64,000 nt of DNA from the human T2T-CHM13v2.0 reference genome, Homo sapiens. Under the pieces are notes generated by a model. The model had not been told where the DNA came from and searched no databases. It worked only from the letters and a program-made list of their open reading frames with translations. This document shows, in pieces, positions 1-11,649 of this stretch. Both the position numbers and the translations under genes were made by a program. The stretch lies in the NCBI RefSeq assembly GCF_009914755.1, contig NC_060931.1. One strand, given 5' to 3'. Within the stretch, counting starts at the first letter, position 1. The number at the start of each line of letters is the position of its first letter.

Positions 1-779
1 ACATTCCAGGAGAAATGATATGTGTGAAACCATAGAGTGATTTAGAAATGTGAAGCTGTTTAACATATCTAACTGAAGCCAATTACACAAGAAAGGCAAT
101 GAGATATGCAGCTTTTGAGACAAGCAATCTTATGACTGGAGAACGATAAGGCATGCGTGTGCATATATGTTATGCATGGGTAACAGAACTGTGCACTTTA
201 TAAAGGGTTCCTAATAAAACAGAGTTTTAAAATAATCTCAAAGTGTATATGTTTATTGATTATTCAAGTATATCTACTGTTAGGTGACTCTATTCATTTC
301 TAGTACCTCTTGTTCATTTGCTCAACAAATAATAGATGTGATACCACTAGATACCAGGTAGGGTATTGGAAGAGGTGTTTGTGACAGCAGTAGCTCGACA
401 GATCTTATTTGCACTAAGGAAAAGACATAGCAAGCAAGCCTGTGTGCTAAGCACAACCAAGGAGAAGTTGAGGGTGTTAGAAAAGGAAGGTTAATGATTT
501 AAGGAAAGAGAAGTGCTCACTAGTGACACTGAAATCTCAGAATTTCAGTAAGGATGTATCACATATAATCTGCTTTTGGTTCTCATGCATCTAGTCACAT
601 TTTTTTAATCACTTTAGAATGTGTACCTAGTATCACTTACAAAAATACTTCAAACAATACATTAGGTGTCTGGATAATTTGGCCAGCATCATGGGCTCAC
701 AAAGACCACTTAGCAAATACACTGGATTATCAAAAACGACACTAAGTGTTGGACAATGTTGGTGACTGCACAATGTTGA

Positions 780-1206
780 TTATTCAGGTCCCCTTTACAT
801 GCCCAGGTGCACTCTTCCCCCAGGTGCAGTGTTAGCTGCAAACAGTTTACAGCTGCCCCTTCTCTAAAGAATGACCCTCAGCTGAACAGAGGCTCCTCAG
901 AGGTTTTGCTACCCTTCGCTAGTCCCCACCTCTTCTCCCTGGGGCCTACAGCCAATGATGGATTCTAGCAGGAATACAAAAGGCTAACCCCTAACCATCA
1001 CTGATGTGAGACTGATTTTGTAGTGCAGTTCATGCTAACCATTCCTCATGGGATCAGGCTGAAAGGAGTGTTCTGGCTGAAAGCTTGTTCTTGCTTAGCT
1101 CTTTCTCTGGCTTCCCACATTCCCTTACCTGTTCTTCCCGAGTACCCTCTGAACAAACAAGAAATTCAATTTCAGGCTCTGCTTCTAGGAGGCCTGGACT
1201 AAGACA
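780..1206 (+). mobile_element. Old ERVL solo LTR, LTR16-family-like
   Basis: Internal 'cagctgccccttctctaaagaatgaccctcagctgaac' and 3' end 'ttcaggctctgcttctaggaggcctggactaagaca' resemble recalled LTR16 consensus; 5' boundary approximate. Confidence 0.65.
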
Positions 1207-1218
1207 ATGATACTGTCC

Positions 1219-1588
1219 TGTAAGGAAAACGGATGGGCCACGGTCAAGAACAGGCTGAGGCAGACATCTGATCCAGCAAGACACAGCAAGTTTGGAGTGC
1301 GGGCACACAATTCCACTCATTATATAACCAAGCCAGGTGAGGTGCATTAGGTGATCACCCATGTGAGTTCGTACTTGGCTTGGAGCCACTATTGTATGTA
1401 CAAGGTATAACTACCCTGCTGACGCTGTACATACGGCTTGCACCCAGGCGCGTACCCATGACTTGCTGGCGCCCAGAGAAAGAGTAAAGCCATGTCGAAA
1501 TTCCCTACGATTCCTCAAGTGTTCTTTCAGCTGCCCACCACTCGTTCACCCACTCCCCTCGGTCCTCAGCTTGGGCTGGAACCTGACA
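1219..1588 (+). mobile_element. 5' LTR (LTR18-like), 370 bp
   Basis: TG...CA termini, colinear with 4062-4458, AGTAAA poly(A)-type signal at 1483-1488, followed by the PBS. Confidence 0.9.
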
Positions 1589-1590
1589 CT

Positions 1591-1608
1591 TGGTATAGCC
1601 AGCAGGAT
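1591..1608 (+). other. Primer binding site complementary to tRNA-Ser
   Basis: TGGTATAGCCAGCAGGAT matches 14/18 to TGGCGTAGTCGGCAGGAT, the complement of the tRNA-Ser 3' end; three of the four mismatches are CpG-type transitions; 2 nt after the LTR end. Confidence 0.85.
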
Positions 1609-1649
1609 ACTGAGGAGAGTGAGCCTTTGGTCCCCACTGATTCTGAGTC

Positions 1650-3625
1650 AGCCATGCAGCTGAAACATTGGTTGTGGTGGCCGGTGGCAGCTTACTGCTC
1701 GGATGGGATCCAGTGGAAACCTGGGCGGCAGTAGATGGGTCCCCCGTGAGGATGGAGAAGGCGCTGAAACAGCTGAAGTACAGAGCACCAAGAAGGAATA
1801 AGCCTTTGCTGGCAGAGTTGGATGTGCATTTTTGACCGCGGTACAAGAAGTACACACTCAGCCCCTGAGGGATGCAGCGGAGGTAAGGGCACTCCAGGTG
1901 CTGGTGGGGCACCTGGAGGCCTGGCTACAGAACTTGGAAAAGGTATTAGAGGTTGCTGTGAATGCAGGCCTGGGTCCGTTGTCTCAGTCGGAGACCCCAT
2001 TAGGTCTGATACAGAGGAGGCTGTTGGCAGAACCAAGGGGTCCGCGCTGTAAAGACGGGGAAAATGCGCCACCTCAGAGGTCCTCCCAGAGGAGAAAAGG
2101 GACCCTAATGAGTGACACGCTGACAGATGTGGATAGATTTGATTTTGGCCAGGTTGACAGAGAGAAAATAAATAAGCAGCCCAATGAAGTACTCTTAACT
2201 TTGTGGAGACAGTTGTCCCCAGAGCAGCACTTCCAGAAAATGCCCAAGCGGGAGAAGGACATTGCTGTGCAACCCGGTCCCCCCTAGGTGCTTCAACTCA
2301 AAGACTACGTGCTGCAGCCATGCAGGGAGTATAAAGCCTTTGCTGTTTGATGAGGGACCTGGCTGAAGTGCCCGGCTTGCAGGGATACCTGACAACCAGA
2401 GGCCACGTGTGGAGCTGACAATCGACTTGTACCCCACCAACATACAGAGAGTGCTGGTGCTGGTAGACACCAGCACGGATACATTCTGGAAGTAAATATT
2501 TTACACAGCTTGGTAGCTGTGCCATCTATCGTGGACTTGATGGACCGCTTGACAGTACTGGGACAGTACCACTGTGTAGTGGACTTGGCCAATGCCTTCT
2601 CTTCCCGAGAGCCAGGAATAGCTTGCCTTCACGGGAGGGCGACAATGAACTTTCACAGTGTTGCTGCAGGGCTATAGCATAGCCCCACCATATGTCATGG
2701 TCTTGTTAATGATACTATGCTAACCTCTGATTGTCTTGCAGATTTAGAAGTGGCAAAGCTCCCCTTGCCTAGAATTATGATGGTGCGGCTGAGACCACCT
2801 TCCAGGCAGCCAAACGGGCTATTCAGCAGGCACAAGCCCTACGGGTAGTTGATCCAGGGCACCTATTTGAGCTGCACGTGCATGTGACCACAGATGGTTT
2901 TGGCTGGAGTCTATAGCAGCGCATGGAGTGCTTGAGAACACCAGTAGGCTTTTGGTCTCAGCTATGGAAAGGAGCTGAGCTCCATTATTCATTGACAGAG
3001 AAGCAGTTAGTAACTGCATATGCTGCCCTTCAGGCTCATGACAGCATGGCCGGATGGGCTACAGTCATCGTGCAGACAACTTACCTAATAGCAGATGGAT
3101 GCATTCATGGAAAATGACCCCCCAAACTGGGACGCACAGACATCCACTTTAGCAAAGTGGGGCACCTACTTGGAGCAGCCAAGTATGCTGAGTACAAGTC
3201 CCGTAGCAGCAGAGTTGCAAGAGATCTTGGGACCTGTAGTCCTAATGCAAGATAAGGCCATGGGGCCTGAGGCACCCCTAGACCTCAAGCCTTCACCGTT
3301 TAAGGAAGGGCATCCTCCATTCCCTATGGGGCATAGTACACAGATGGGTTTAGCCAAGGTGCTACTGCTGCCTGGACTGCTGTTGCACTCCAACCTAGTA
3401 TTGACACCATATGGTTTGATACCAGGTGTGGACAAAGTAGTCAATGGGCTGAACCTAGAGCAATGTGAATGGTGATCACCAAGGAGGTGACAACTATGAT
3501 AACCTGCACCGACAGCTGGGGAGCTTATCGAGTCTTAGCCTTGTGGTTAACTACCTAGAAGTTACAAAAGTAACTAGTTGGTCACAGGCCCATATGCGGC
3601 CAGGCCATGTGGCAAGACCTAGGGG
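1650..3625 (+). pseudogene. Decayed ERVL gag-pro-pol remnant (frameshifted, multiple deletions)
   Basis: Protease LVDT(G>S) 2460-2474; RT VDLANAF 2579-2599 and L(P>L)QGY/HSPTICHGLV 2661-2707; tether 'PVGFWSQLWKGAELHYSLTEKQL' in ORF 2923-3117; RNase H (W>*)YTDG 3334-3348 and CTDSW 3505-3519. The gag assignment is positional only. No integrase core or env recognised. Confidence 0.85.
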
Positions 3626-3891
3626 AGGAAGGATGACCTTCTCCAACCAGGTATGCGGATGAACGGTAACCTGTTGCTGCCTGCCCCAACACCCTTAAAG
3701 GTAGGGAAATAAAAACCTGGCTTAATGTATGAAGCAACATTAGGGTAAAGTCACCATGGGGTGGTTGCCTGCCATAACCTGGAGTTGTTGTTCCCTGTAT
3801 TACTGCTGTGAACTCTGGGTCCAGGATTCCACCCTGTGGGCACATCTCCTCACTAGAAAAACTCCCTCAGCCTAGGGAGTGGAATGTAAGG

Positions 3892-4047
3892 CCTATGTGT
3901 TAAACCTGTGTTTCTGGGACCTATGTGCCCAGAGCCTATGCATAAGGCTTATGTGTTGGACCTGTGTGTCCAGGGCCTGTGTGCCCAGAGCCTATGTATA
4001 AGGCCTCTGTGTCAGACCTGTGTGTCCAAGGCCTATGTCTGCCTTGG
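3892..4047 (+). repeat. Minisatellite of 13/15-bp CCT(A/G)TG units arranged as a 56-bp higher-order repeat (about 2.7 copies)
   Basis: Units 13,15,15,13 | 13,15,15,13 | 13,15,16 read directly; e.g. cctatgtgcccagag/cctgtgtgcccagag and cctatgcataagg/cctatgtataagg are 56 bp apart. Confidence 0.9.
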
Positions 4048-4050
4048 CCT

Positions 4051-4061
4051 AGGGGGTGGAG
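4051..4061 (+). other. Polypurine tract
   Basis: AGGGGGTGGAG immediately 5' of the 3' LTR start TGTAAGG. Confidence 0.85.
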
Positions 4062-4458
4062 TGTAAGGAAAATGGATATGCTGTGGTCAAGAATAGGCCA
4101 AGGCAGACATCCAGTCCAGCATGACTCAGCGAGTTTGGAGCACTGGTGCACAACTCCACTCATTATGTAACCATGCCACGTGAGGTGCATTAGGTGATCA
4201 CCCAAGTGAGCTCATGCTTGGATCGGAGTCACTGTTGTCTGTCAAAGGCATAACTACCCTGCTGACACTGTACATGCAGCTTATGCCCAGGTCGGCTTGC
4301 ACCCAAGTTCATGCCCAGGCTCACTTGCATCCAGAGAAAGAGTAAAGCCATGTCAAAACTCCCTATGATTCCCTGAGTGTTCTTTCAGCTACCTGCCACT
4401 TGTCCACCCACTCCCCTTGGTCCTTAGCTTGGGCTGGAATCTGATATTTGGTGTGACA
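4062..4458 (+). mobile_element. 3' LTR (LTR18-like), 397 bp
   Basis: Colinear with the 5' LTR; ends GTGACA followed by TSD TGCCC. Confidence 0.9.
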
Positions 4459-6269
4459 TGCCCCAAAATTTATATAATGATTTAAAGAATATAGATTTAT
4501 ATATGTAACACATAATTATTAAAATCATATATTTGCAATGTGTTTCTTTATATATTCATATGAAATGAATATTTTGAAGGCTTGGGGGGAATCTTTTGCT
4601 CATTAAGTCTGCTCCTATTAGAGTAGTAATGGGGGCAGTACCTACTGAATCTTACTCCCTTCCAGCTAAGTATTATTCCCAACTGATAACTCTTTCCCTG
4701 TCTTTTAAGTTTCAACAAGTAGGACAACATATGTTGTCTTTCTATTGTTGACAGAGGACACAGATAAAATAAAGAAATTACCTTTTTAAAAAAAATTAGA
4801 ATACACACACACACATATTTGCTATATTTTCCCGTCAAAAATGGTTACAATCCAAATAGTCTAAGTTATTAGAATATCCTAGAAGAATGCAGATACTGTA
4901 GCCCCAATTATTTCTACAGTATAAGTCATTTTGAAGAGTAGATTTTGCTATTTACGTTTTCCAAGATTACACAAATATAAATTCAACTCATGTAATGCAT
5001 AATTGCTGACCATTTGAAGTATTAAAAAGGTAACCACAGAGCAGTGATACACTCTGAAATAATTCCCATTAAAAAGACTGAACCAAGTTAAACTGATTTG
5101 CTCCAATTATTTTTATTACATACACCTTTTCTAATCCTTTTCATTTTGATAGATATATAACTTAAAAATTTTTTTGTTAAAAATGTTTTGTTAACTAGTT
5201 AATTAAAAGTTAAAGAAAAAAACACAAGAATGTGCTTTTATCTGGAGGTTTCCCATTAATCTCTAAAGGACAATTTGTTTCTGAAGTATATGATTCTTCT
5301 ATTAATCATGACTTTAAAATATGTACTTAACAAAATATGACTTGAATGTAAATGTTTTGAGTTTCTTTTTTCAATTTCTTGAATTAAATCCTGAACTATT
5401 ATTTCTGAAATCAAATTTACAAGCTCAGTGTGAATCAATTAACTGCACTTAGATCATACTTCTTAGTTGTTGGTAGATAAATATATATATATATTTGTCG
5501 TTGTTGTTTAAAGGCTATATTTTTGCACAGAATGACTGTTTAAAAATTTACCAGTTTTTAAAATTATCTTTCATGAATGAGAAAGGTAAAAGAGCTAAGT
5601 ATATAATAACCATGAAATCAAACATTTATTATACACTAATTGTAATAACTCTTAACAAGTAACAACCATGCATATTTTACTTCCTACTTCATCAAATGGT
5701 AGCAATACTACCACTGCTAAAACATTCAGTAAACCAAATTAGATACTTAGGAAACAAAATAATTAGCTGCACTCAGATAAAATATTAAAAATATGCCATA
5801 AAAGATGCAAATTTAATTGCAAGAACAGTTTCTATTCCATTTCTTCCAGCAATGCCTGAGGCTTATTATCTTTTTTCTAGGTCTCAAAATGGCAGGAGGT
5901 AACCAATGCTTTTGGTAGTAAAATATAATAGCAGGATCCCAAATTTAAAATAGGATAAAAACTATTTTTCCAATAGTGGCATTACTAACTTGGAAGAATA
6001 ACAACTAACAGGATATACAGTGAGAGATATAGATATGTTTATATGTGTATGTGTTACAACTAAAAACCAAAACAATAATGAAACTTATGTATTATTTTAA
6101 CCATCCTATATATAATATTCTTTAGAGAATAAACATCTTTTTTTAACCATATAACATTAGACTCATTTATAAAGACAAACAAAAACAAGGAATACATTTA
6201 TTGAATGGAATTTAAACATAGTTATAAAATTGCAAAAACTCCCTTTCCTGGTAGGCCAGGTGATTGTAA

Positions 6270-6462
6270 ATGTTCGCAACAGGAGCATTACAAGATTTTT
6301 AGGCAGAACAAGTCCTCTTCTATGGGAGTATCCCTGGCCCCACCCACTAAATGCCACCAGGTTTCACTGTGACAATCAAAACACCCTCACATATTTTCAA
6401 AAACTTGGGGTGGGGAGCTGGTAGGTGTCAGAGGGTATTATATCAGCCCCTGGCTGAGCACA
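6270..6462 (-). mobile_element. MER20-family hAT DNA transposon fragment
   Basis: 'atccctggccccacccactaaatgcca...tgtgacaatcaaaa' matches the reverse complement of recalled MER20 consensus. Confidence 0.6.
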
Positions 6463-6519
6463 TGATCGCTCCCAGGTCTCAGAATGGAGCAGGCTGAATT
6501 CAGTAAACATGGTCCTACC

Positions 6520-6680
6520 ATAGTAGCTCTGTGCTCTTAGAAAAATTCCCTCTCTATGCCTCAGTTCATGCTTCTGTAATATGTCTTTTTCTTAGCAATT
6601 GTTTGCAAACCTCCCAGAATCATTGTATGGGACAAATGAGACATTCACAATAAAACAGCTTTGTAAAGTATCAAATGCCA
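6520..6680 (+). mobile_element. MIR SINE
   Basis: Core 'ctctctatgcctcagttc...ctgtaa' and 3' 'aaatgagac...gctttgtaaa'. Confidence 0.55.
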
Positions 6681-7956
6681 TCCAAAAATTATAACATTTT
6701 GTTTCATTTAACAATTATCCTATGCTGTACTTTTCATGTTTGATTAGAGAAGATTTGAGGTTAAAAAAAAAAAAGTATGCATTACTGTTTAATTTGGACA
6801 CAAGTATACTAATTTGGAGGCTGCAGTTTTTTCAGTTATCAGGACAGAGGCAATTTTAATCTTTGACCCTGTGCTACGGCCTTAATGAGGCCACATAGTC
6901 ACCTGCTGGTAGCTCCAGAGGTGAAGAAAAAGAAGCTGGTACTTAGTAGGAATTTAATAACCTCTTTAGGTTTTGTTCCAAAAAATTCAGTCTTGTTTAA
7001 GTGGAAGCAACAACAATATGCCCATTTTAATTTAATTCTATAGATTTAGGAAATTACAGATTTTCCCATTCCATAGATTTGTTTTCAATATTTCTAAACA
7101 CATATATATTGAAAAACATGCACAGTATATTGCTATAGAGGGTATACAAAACCCTCCCATTTCTTCATTACTGAAGTTGAAAGATCATTGCTTGCTCTCC
7201 TAAGAGGCTTATAAAGCTGTCTAACTTTTAATGGCAAATAGCAACATATCACATTCTGACTTGCTGTGAACTTGTGCCATATACCTTAAGGGTGAGAAAA
7301 GGTGGCTGTCACTTTATACAAAGAATGGTGCTTCTATAATATAGTGACAGAATTCACAGTGCAATGCATGATATTGCAAGAATTACTGAAAATGACTCAA
7401 ATTTAGATTTGATCCTTAAAATTGTTTTTTACCTTTTAAATGTTTAATAAATATGCATTATATAAGTGTATGTATAAATATATGTATGTAAATAATATAC
7501 ATTAACGATAGTACTTAGGTTCTATTTTCTACAGGAACTCTTATTTCATAGCATTAACGACTTGATATCATTAATAGTTTGTCAGAAAGCTATAGAATTT
7601 ACATTAAAAAATATTCAGGCTGATTGTTCAATTTACCAAATATGTTTGTTGCTATTTCTGCATCACAGAGGCTATATTCAAATAGCCTGAAATCAAATAT
7701 AAAATTATAATTAGATTAACAACTACACAGGTAACTTCCCAATGTGTTTTTAAACAAAAATAAATCACTTAAGATGAGTGACATTATTCATATTCTAAAT
7801 CTACTATTCATATAATTCCCCTTAAATTTGCTTCTGTAACTCTTGTTAAAAAGTACTGAAAATGGTTTTAGAAATATCTTTACTTTATCAGATTTATAAG
7901 CATTCATTATCATTATCAAATTTTATCAGTTTATATTTATCCAAGAAAAGCCCCAG

Positions 7957-8218
7957 TACACAACGTTTTAGTATGGAGGAATAAGTTCAAGAGTTGCATT
8001 GTACAACATGGTGACTATAGTTAACAATGTACTGTATTTTTGAAAACTGCTAAGAGAGTACATTTTGTGTTCTCACCATAAATGAATGATATGTGAGGTA
8101 ATACATATCTTAACTAGCTTGATTTAGCCATTCTACAATGTTTACATATTTCTAAATAATAGGTACATAACAGATATATACAATTTTTATTTGTCAATTG
8201 AAGTTAATTGATTTTAAA
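7957..8218 (+). mobile_element. 5'-truncated L1MA-type LINE 3' UTR
   Basis: 'ggaggaataagttcaagag...acaacatggtgactatagttaacaa...tgctaagagagta' typical L1MA 3' end; flanking TSD-like AAGAAAAGCCCCAG (7943) / AAGAAAAGCTCAG (8219). Confidence 0.85.
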
Positions 8219-10431
8219 AAGAAAAGCTCAGCTTATATATAAAAATGATTTCCAGTGATTGCCTTACAAATATAATTTCCCATATTTTACATCAATGAAG
8301 CAATTCCAGATTCACACACATTCCAATTCACACACATCTACACTCACAGCGTCTCATGCAAACATACACACAGAGAGCTTTTTAAAATAAAACCTGCAGA
8401 GTACATTTCAACCAAATATGTCTGGGGGAAATTAAACTGGGAAATGGAGACCATTCATGGAGTCTCAGTGCAGTAGCAAACTCTTCACTTCTACTTATTC
8501 ATTCTGTGAAAGCCGTCATACATCTATGTCCACTGATCCACTTGCATTTGGCATAGGGGTTGGTAGATTATTTATTGAAGGGATTTATGTCAGACTGGGA
8601 TTAAGATGTCCTAAGAATTCCCAAGTGTGCAATTCATCACAACACAATTTAGAGAGTGAAAAGAGAGCCACAATAGACCTTGGTAGCAAAGTGGAAGTGA
8701 GTGATAGGTGAACCGAAGCCCCCAGCTTGATCTAAAGAAAGCAGACAACATATACCAACGGTGTCAATCAAACCGCCTCATAAGCAGCCCCATGAATATA
8801 AAATAGGGAACAAACAGATTGGTTTTTCTTTCCTTGTTCCCAACAGTTATAAGAAGATAGATTCCAACACTAATGAGCTTGTTTTTGTATATATGCCAGG
8901 GAAGTTCTATCTCTAATTTTTTCTTATAACCAAAGAAACAAAAACACGCATTTTTCTGAAATAATGGAGGTTGTGAAATATTTTATTTTTGCCAAATTGT
9001 TCCCCTACATAGCCGGTGCCACATTTTTGCGCTGTGTGAATCAAATAAATCTTGCCTCTTTGTTTCTAAAAATTAACAAACTGAAGTATATTTTTGGTAC
9101 TTTCAGACCCACATTTATAACACAACCTAAAACCATCCCCAATCTAAGTGTGAAACTTAAATCATCATGTTAAACTTAGATTTAAAAAATTAAAAAGAAC
9201 TGCTAACAATAAAGCAAATGTCACTATGTACCAGAATTCTTTGTGGAGGTCAGTAGTCAAGTTAGTCAAATTTTCTCAACTTAAATATAAAAGCTATATT
9301 TTTCACAGAGGCTATTATTGATAAAATTATGGTCCCCAACATTAGTGCCTGGCAAATGGCTTGCACTATAGAAGTATTTGTTGAATAAATGAATTGAGGG
9401 TAATTAATAATAAGTTCATTGTTTTATTTATTAAGATTAGTTCAAAACAGTTCTCCTTAAAATTATGCTGAATTTGTAATAGTTTGAAACTAATTCTAAT
9501 CTTATTTGAAGTATGCCTCATTTACTCTATTTATTGGTCTGATATGTTATGAATGTATTGGAAAATGTCACTTTCGAAGGAATAAACATCTCTGGAAAAA
9601 CGGTAACAATATTGACTCTTCAGGTCTCTTGGATTGGATTTCAGCTAGGAGGTGGGAGTTCAGACTGTCTCCCATGCCAGAGAACTATAACCAGTAATTG
9701 TTAACCTTGATCTGTGACTTCAGCAGTAAGGGGTCATATGAGCTGGGACTTAGAGATAAAGTTTTAGATTATTGGATGGGTGTGTGCAGGCTCTTCAGAG
9801 GTTACTGGAAATTGCACTGTGTCTGGGTAAAAGGGAGACAACCAGACTCCTTCATTTGGAACATGGATTTTTGCAGAAGTGTCTGTTAGTTCAGCATAAG
9901 TATCAAGGGATTTCAAAACATTCATGCCTTCTGAGCTAGTAATTTCTCTCTGTTCCTAGGAACAACTCCAGTTAGGTAAGGGGAAACGTCTAATGCACAA
10001 ACATGTTCAACAAAGAATTACCTCACCATTCTCCTGTTGTTTCCCTTTTTTCTATTAAATTTGAAAACAAGAAACTTATGAAATAATATAGAAATGCTCA
10101 ACTCATGTTTGTTTAATGAATGGGTTAACTGCTTAATATGTTAGGACTAGAACAGTAATAATATATGCAGTAGAAAAAAATACCTGAGGTTTTTTATGTG
10201 CTAGGCACTGTGTTAAGAGCTTTAAAAGGATTTTCCCATATGATGTAATCTTCACAGACGTGCTATAAGTAGACCTATTTATATAAAACATTATTGTTTA
10301 TATGTTTTCATTTTCTATCTGCACAGTATCTCTTCTTTGATAATAGCACCTCAATTTTTATGGTGAGGCTCCTTCTAGAACACTCTCAATCAATTTCCCT
10401 TGGGACAGGGGGATTCTTTTTAATAAAAGTT

Positions 10432-11357
10432 CTTTTTTTCTTTTTCAAATATTATTTTAGGTCCAGGGGCACATGTGCAGGTTTGTTACATGGGTAAATT
10501 ACATGTTGCGGGGGTTTGGTGTACAAATGATTTTGTCTACCAGGTAGTGAGCACACTACCCAATTGGTAGCTTTTTGACCCTCACCCTTCCCCCACCCTC
10601 CACCCTTAAGTAAGCCCCTATGTCTATTATCCCCGCTTTGTGTCCATGTGTACACAATGTTCAGCTCCCACTTATAAATGAGAACATGCAGCATTTGGTT
10701 TTCTGTTCCTACATTAATTCACTTAGGATAATGGCTGCCAGCTGCATCTGTGTTGCTGCCAAGGACATGATGTTGTTCTTTTTTATGGCTGTGAAGTATT
10801 TCATGGTGTAGATTTACCACATTTTCTCTTTCTAATCTACTGTTGATGGGCACCTAGGTTGATTCCATGTCTTTGCAATTGTGAATAGCACCACAATAAA
10901 CATACAAGTGCATGTGTTTTTTGGCCAGAATGATTTATTTTCCTTTGGTTGTATACCCAGTAATGAGACTGCTTGGTCAAATGGTAGTTTTGTTTTAATT
11001 TCCTTGAGAAATCTCCAAACTACTTTCCACAATGGCTGAACTAATTTACATTCCCACTGGCAGTACATAAACGTTCCCTTTCTCTGCAACCTCACCAAAC
11101 ACCTGTTTTTGTTTTGTTTTGTTTTGTTTTGTTTTGTTTAATTTTTAATAGCATCCATTCTGACTGGTATGAGAGGGTACCTCATCGTGGTTTTGTTTGC
11201 ATTTCTGATTATTAGTGATGTTGAGCATTGTTATATGCTTGTTGACCACGTGTATATCTTCTTTTGGGAAGTGTCTGTTCATGCCCTTTGCCCATTTTTT
11301 AATAGGCTTATTTGCTTTTTGCTTTCTAAGTCCCTTATAGATTCTGAATATTAGACC
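10432..11357 (-). mobile_element. L1PA/L1PB-type LINE-1 3' fragment (end of ORF2 plus 3' UTR)
   Basis: ORF 10832-11098(-) 'WECKLVQPLWKVVWRFLKE...TCTCMFIVVLFTIAKTWNQPRCPS' is the L1 ORF2p C-terminus; 3' UTR 'acatgtgcaggtttgttacatgggta' and poly-T on +. Confidence 0.95.
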
Positions 11358-11457
11358 AGGGCAGGAGAATTTAGCCAGAAGGCATATAACCAGGACTAAT
11401 CAACACTCTATCATCTTGATCCAAATGATGGATATAAGAATAATCAAGGGGCCCAAT

Positions 11458-11649
11458 AAAGGTTGCCAGATCTAGCAATTAAAAATATGGGATACCTAAT
11501 TCAATTTGAATTTCAGACATAAAATGAATCATTTTTTAGGTTAAGTGTATTCCATGCAATGTTTAGGTCACACTTTGTTTACAAAATGATTCATTGTTTA
11601 TCTGAAATTCAAATATAATTGATGCATTGAATTTTATCTAGCAATCCTA
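11458..11649. mobile_element. MER53 palindromic non-autonomous DNA transposon (MITE)
   Basis: GGTTGCCAGAT...ATCTAGCAATCCT termini; internal inverted repeat TTTGAATTTCAGA / TCTGAAATTCAAA and AAAATGAATCATTTTT / AAAATGATTCATTG. Confidence 0.9.

Larger units (their letters stand above)
1219..4458 (+). mobile_element. Internally deleted class III endogenous retrovirus (HERV-S/HERVL18 type) with two LTR18-like LTRs
   Basis: Two homologous LTRs both starting TGTAAGGAAAA (1219, 4062) and ending GACA; 5-bp TSD TGTCC (1214-1218) / TGCCC (4459-4463); tRNA-Ser PBS; PPT; protease, RT and RNase H motif remnants. Confidence 0.92.

Noticed and set aside
1054-2592. Multiple overlapping ORFs on both strands
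   Set aside because: GC-rich decayed ERV sequence; none is an intact gag or pol frame.
3892-4047. Regularly spaced repeats resembling a CRISPR-like array
   Set aside because: Contiguous tandem units with no unique spacers, inside a primate ERV.
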